A stretch of DNA of 64,000 bases from assembly GCA_965655095.1 (NCBI GenBank), contig OZ296649.1:83576001-83640000 (forward strand). The letters are read 5' to 3'. The position numbers and the translations under genes are program-made. The notes beneath the pieces are model-generated. The model saw only the letters and a program-made list of their open reading frames with translations, was not told the DNA's origin and ran no database searches. Source of the stretch: Haplodiscus bocki. Taxonomy: Eukaryota. Positions 63,001 through 64,000 of this stretch are shown here, in pieces; within the stretch, counting starts at the first letter, position 1; each line of letters starts with the position of its first letter.

Positions 63001-64000
63001 TCGCCCGAATCTCCTCATACAGACGTATCCGGAACTTAATCTTCTTGGCACTTTGCTTCCGTCAATCGCCATTTTGATGCTCAGTAAGTATTACAATCTT
63101 GAGAATTTCACCCATTTTGGAGAGTTTTGGTCCATTTTCCGAATCAATTAGAAAGACCATAACTAACGCCTATGTCCAATGCTTCTCAAAAGCGTCGCTT
63201 TACATCTTTTTTTGTCGGAAGTGATGATGAATAAATTTGCATTTGACTTTGACATTGATTTGATCAGGGAAATTATATAAAGCAAAGACACTCAGCATAG
63301 TCCATTCGGTTAATGTTGCAATTTCGGTTAATGTGTACCAAAATGGAACAGACATTGAACTTCAAAATTACTATCATCGTTTTTTTTTGCTACGGTTAGT
63401 CAGACGCTAGATAACGTGTATTAAAAATCAAATTTTGTTGGAAGTGGTCTGTTTAAAGGAATGTCTAAACGCCTTTAAAAAGGATTCATTTTTTAGAGCG
63501 AAAATTGTTCTGACATTCACAGTGAAATAACTTTTACGTCTGTAAATTTGTGTCATTCTTCGTCATCAAGATATCTGATGTTTTCCGAGTTTTCAATGAA
63601 TAACTTCCAAACTTTTCTCCACACTCTATAACCTGGTCACTGATTAGTTTCAAATATGTCTCAAACAACTGATATTGTTATTCTGGGTAGTACGAAGTAT
63701 AAATATCAGTAGTTTTTTTCTACCATTCTCTACATCAAAGTTCAAACTTCAACGCTTGCTTCCGTCCTCTCTTTTATGTCTTTGCTGCTGCGGCTAACGA
63801 TTTTAATGAATTGGGCATTTTTTGAAATGGGCTTTACTGTGTGATACCGAATGAAATTTTCGACGATACTTTCTCAGAATTTTTCGGAAAACCTTCGTTT
63901 CAAAGTGTTTCTCCAGACTTAAAGGATTGCTTTTTGACAATTCAAAAGCTCTTGTTGTTCATGATTGGTTTTTGTACGACATTTTTTGATCAATGAACTT

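Noticed and set aside
54811-64000. Shared PKG exon 2 (SKDLIKEAILDNDF-like) and kinase exons
   Set aside because: Searched by eye and not found; probably beyond the window, though a short exon could have been missed.

Overview
AT-rich, repeat-dominated eukaryotic (animal, probably invertebrate) genomic DNA; no prokaryotic operons, rRNA or CRISPR. The only host gene recognised is the 5' part of a cGMP-dependent protein kinase type I (PRKG1/PKG) on the + strand. It has alternative N-terminal exons: an I-alpha-like exon in two copies within a ~2.0-kb head-to-tail duplication (34522-34796, 36527-36801) and an I-beta-like exon (54284-54654). All end in phase-2 donors, and a possible 18-nt micro-exon follows; the shared downstream exons were not found. 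Upstream is a nest of mobile elements. Two divergent CR1/L2-like LINEs share an unusual three-ORF layout (SGNH-like ORF0, PHD ORF1, APE-RT ORF2), with ORF2 in frame behind ORF1 and a UGA-CUAG readthrough context in the better-preserved copy. There is also an intact hAT transposon with TIRs and 8-bp TSD, a deleted non-autonomous relative of it, and an internally deleted GalEa-type Copia element (100-bp LTRs, 5-bp TSD) nested in a third, decayed LINE. The rest comprises a MULE-like relic, MITE/foldback repeats, and a ~10.8-kb decayed ORF-dense island of unknown, possibly viral, origin.
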